The notes below the pieces were generated by a model, which saw only the letters and a list, made by a program, of their open reading frames with translations, made no database searches and was not told where the DNA came from. The translations under genes and the position numbers were made by a program. A DNA stretch of 63,050 nucleotides, counting the filler, from Catajapyx aquilonaris (lineage: Eukaryota): the NCBI GenBank assembly GCA_000934665.2. It is 4 parts of 4 records of this genome, joined end to end, with 100 filler letters (N's around TTAATTAATTAA, not from the genome) between each part and the next. Parts side by side here need not be neighbours in the genome. Positions count along the whole stretch, not along the records: positions 47,436 to 63,050 come from JYFJ02007447.1; 3 more parts are not named here. One strand, 5' to 3'. Below are positions 61,952 through 63,050 of the stretch, one piece after another. Within the stretch, counting starts at the first letter, position 1. Each line of letters begins with the position of its first letter.

Positions 61952-63050
61952 CTGAAGAGAAAGAGGGGCCCGAATTAGTCACCTTTCATTTGCACCATTC
62001 TTCCCTTCTCTTCCCATATAATATACTATAGATTTCCCCTTTCCGGAAATGGGGGAGACCATTTTTCTCATTCATAAGACTCCTCCTCTCCCCCCTCCGC
62101 CCTGATTTGTGTCGCTGGACGCTTCGTTGCTTGGCTAAATTGACTTCCTGGGATCATTTATATCTTTCGCTCGGGGGAACAGGTTAGCCCAAGGGTTTCC
62201 AAGAGTTGAGGCGGGAGCAAGCCCCTCAAAGGAGGTCACAACCAGTCTCCCATTTCATCTGTCTCCCCAATCATCATCCATTTTCCCTTCTTTTTTTTAT
62301 TATTCGACCGCAAAAATGTTCTCTATGATTGGTCTCAATCTATTCCAGCAGTCGAGGGTAACTGGCTCCGTATATAATGCTTCTCTTTGGTAGTACAAGC
62401 AACTATGCCGCCGACTTGGTGGCATGTCGCTTGGAATGTAATTCCGGTACTGCAGGCGAATTCCGCTTTTGAGGCAAGCAGCAGGCTCGAATTGCCAAAG
62501 CAGGAAAAAAAAGAAGGTGAAAAGAAAACAGGGGCGGGCCGTATATCACGTCCGGGGCCTTAAAAACCGGCCTTGTAAAATGGGATCCCTTAACCCCTCC
62601 TGTGACATAACAGTTTTTACACACCCTTTTACATCCCGGCTTGATTTTTACGGGCATCCCCCCTTCCCCCTTTACCCCCCCGGAAAGTTCCAGTCGTTGG
62701 GCTTTTCTCTCTGTCCTCCTAGTGTAAAACGCTCCGATCCGTGATTTTCATATTCATCAATGTTAAATCCTGGCGCCTGCGTGCTAAATCACTGCCTCTA
62801 CGACCTCCTCTCGACAGATTTTACGGGCCGTCGCCGCTTTCAATCCTGGATTTTGGACAGGACAAAAGTGACGACGGGTCAGCTCAGGATGTCGGTCAAA
62901 GGTCCGGATGAGGTATGCCTTTCCGTCGACATTTACGGTGAAAAGATCATGGCTCTTTCGCTGACCTGCACTAGTTTTCCGGCAGAACGGATTCTGGCCG
63001 TAATCTGCCCAATAGACAAACAAAAGGGTGGGGAAAACAAATAAATAAAC

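Overview
Eukaryotic (arthropod-like, probably hexapod) genomic DNA. It consists of four ~15.6-15.9 kb contigs (1-15622, 15723-31336, 31437-47335, 47436-63050) joined by artificial N44-TTAATTAATTAA-N44 linkers, so adjacency across linkers is meaningless. Contig 1 is a nest of transposons: a frameshifted Ty3/gypsy (Mag-like) element interrupted by an inverted, 3'-truncated R1-clade LINE, a hAT MITE, a Tigger-like MITE carrying a 2.1-kb Academ-like foldback, and a Transib-type MITE with perfect CACAGTG ends. Contig 2 holds a decayed env/fusion-protein-like relic, a tRNA-SINE, and an internally deleted Academ-like transposon with 470-bp TIRs inside a tandem segmental duplication. Contig 3 holds a 5-exon MYORG-like GH31 gene that apparently lacks the acid/base Asp, convergent with an unusually short LRPPRC/bsf-like gene. 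Contig 4 holds the 5' part of protein disulfide isomerase, with a perfect ERSE upstream, and the 3' part of a chaoptin-like GPI-anchored LRR gene. I found no prokaryote-style system such as CRISPR or an operon. The best novelty candidates are the Academ-like TAG(T/C)CCAGG elements, the env-like relic, the (AAAC)n-flanked R1 LINE, the Transib MITE and the two divergent host proteins. All family assignments are from motif recognition by eye; no database searches were run.
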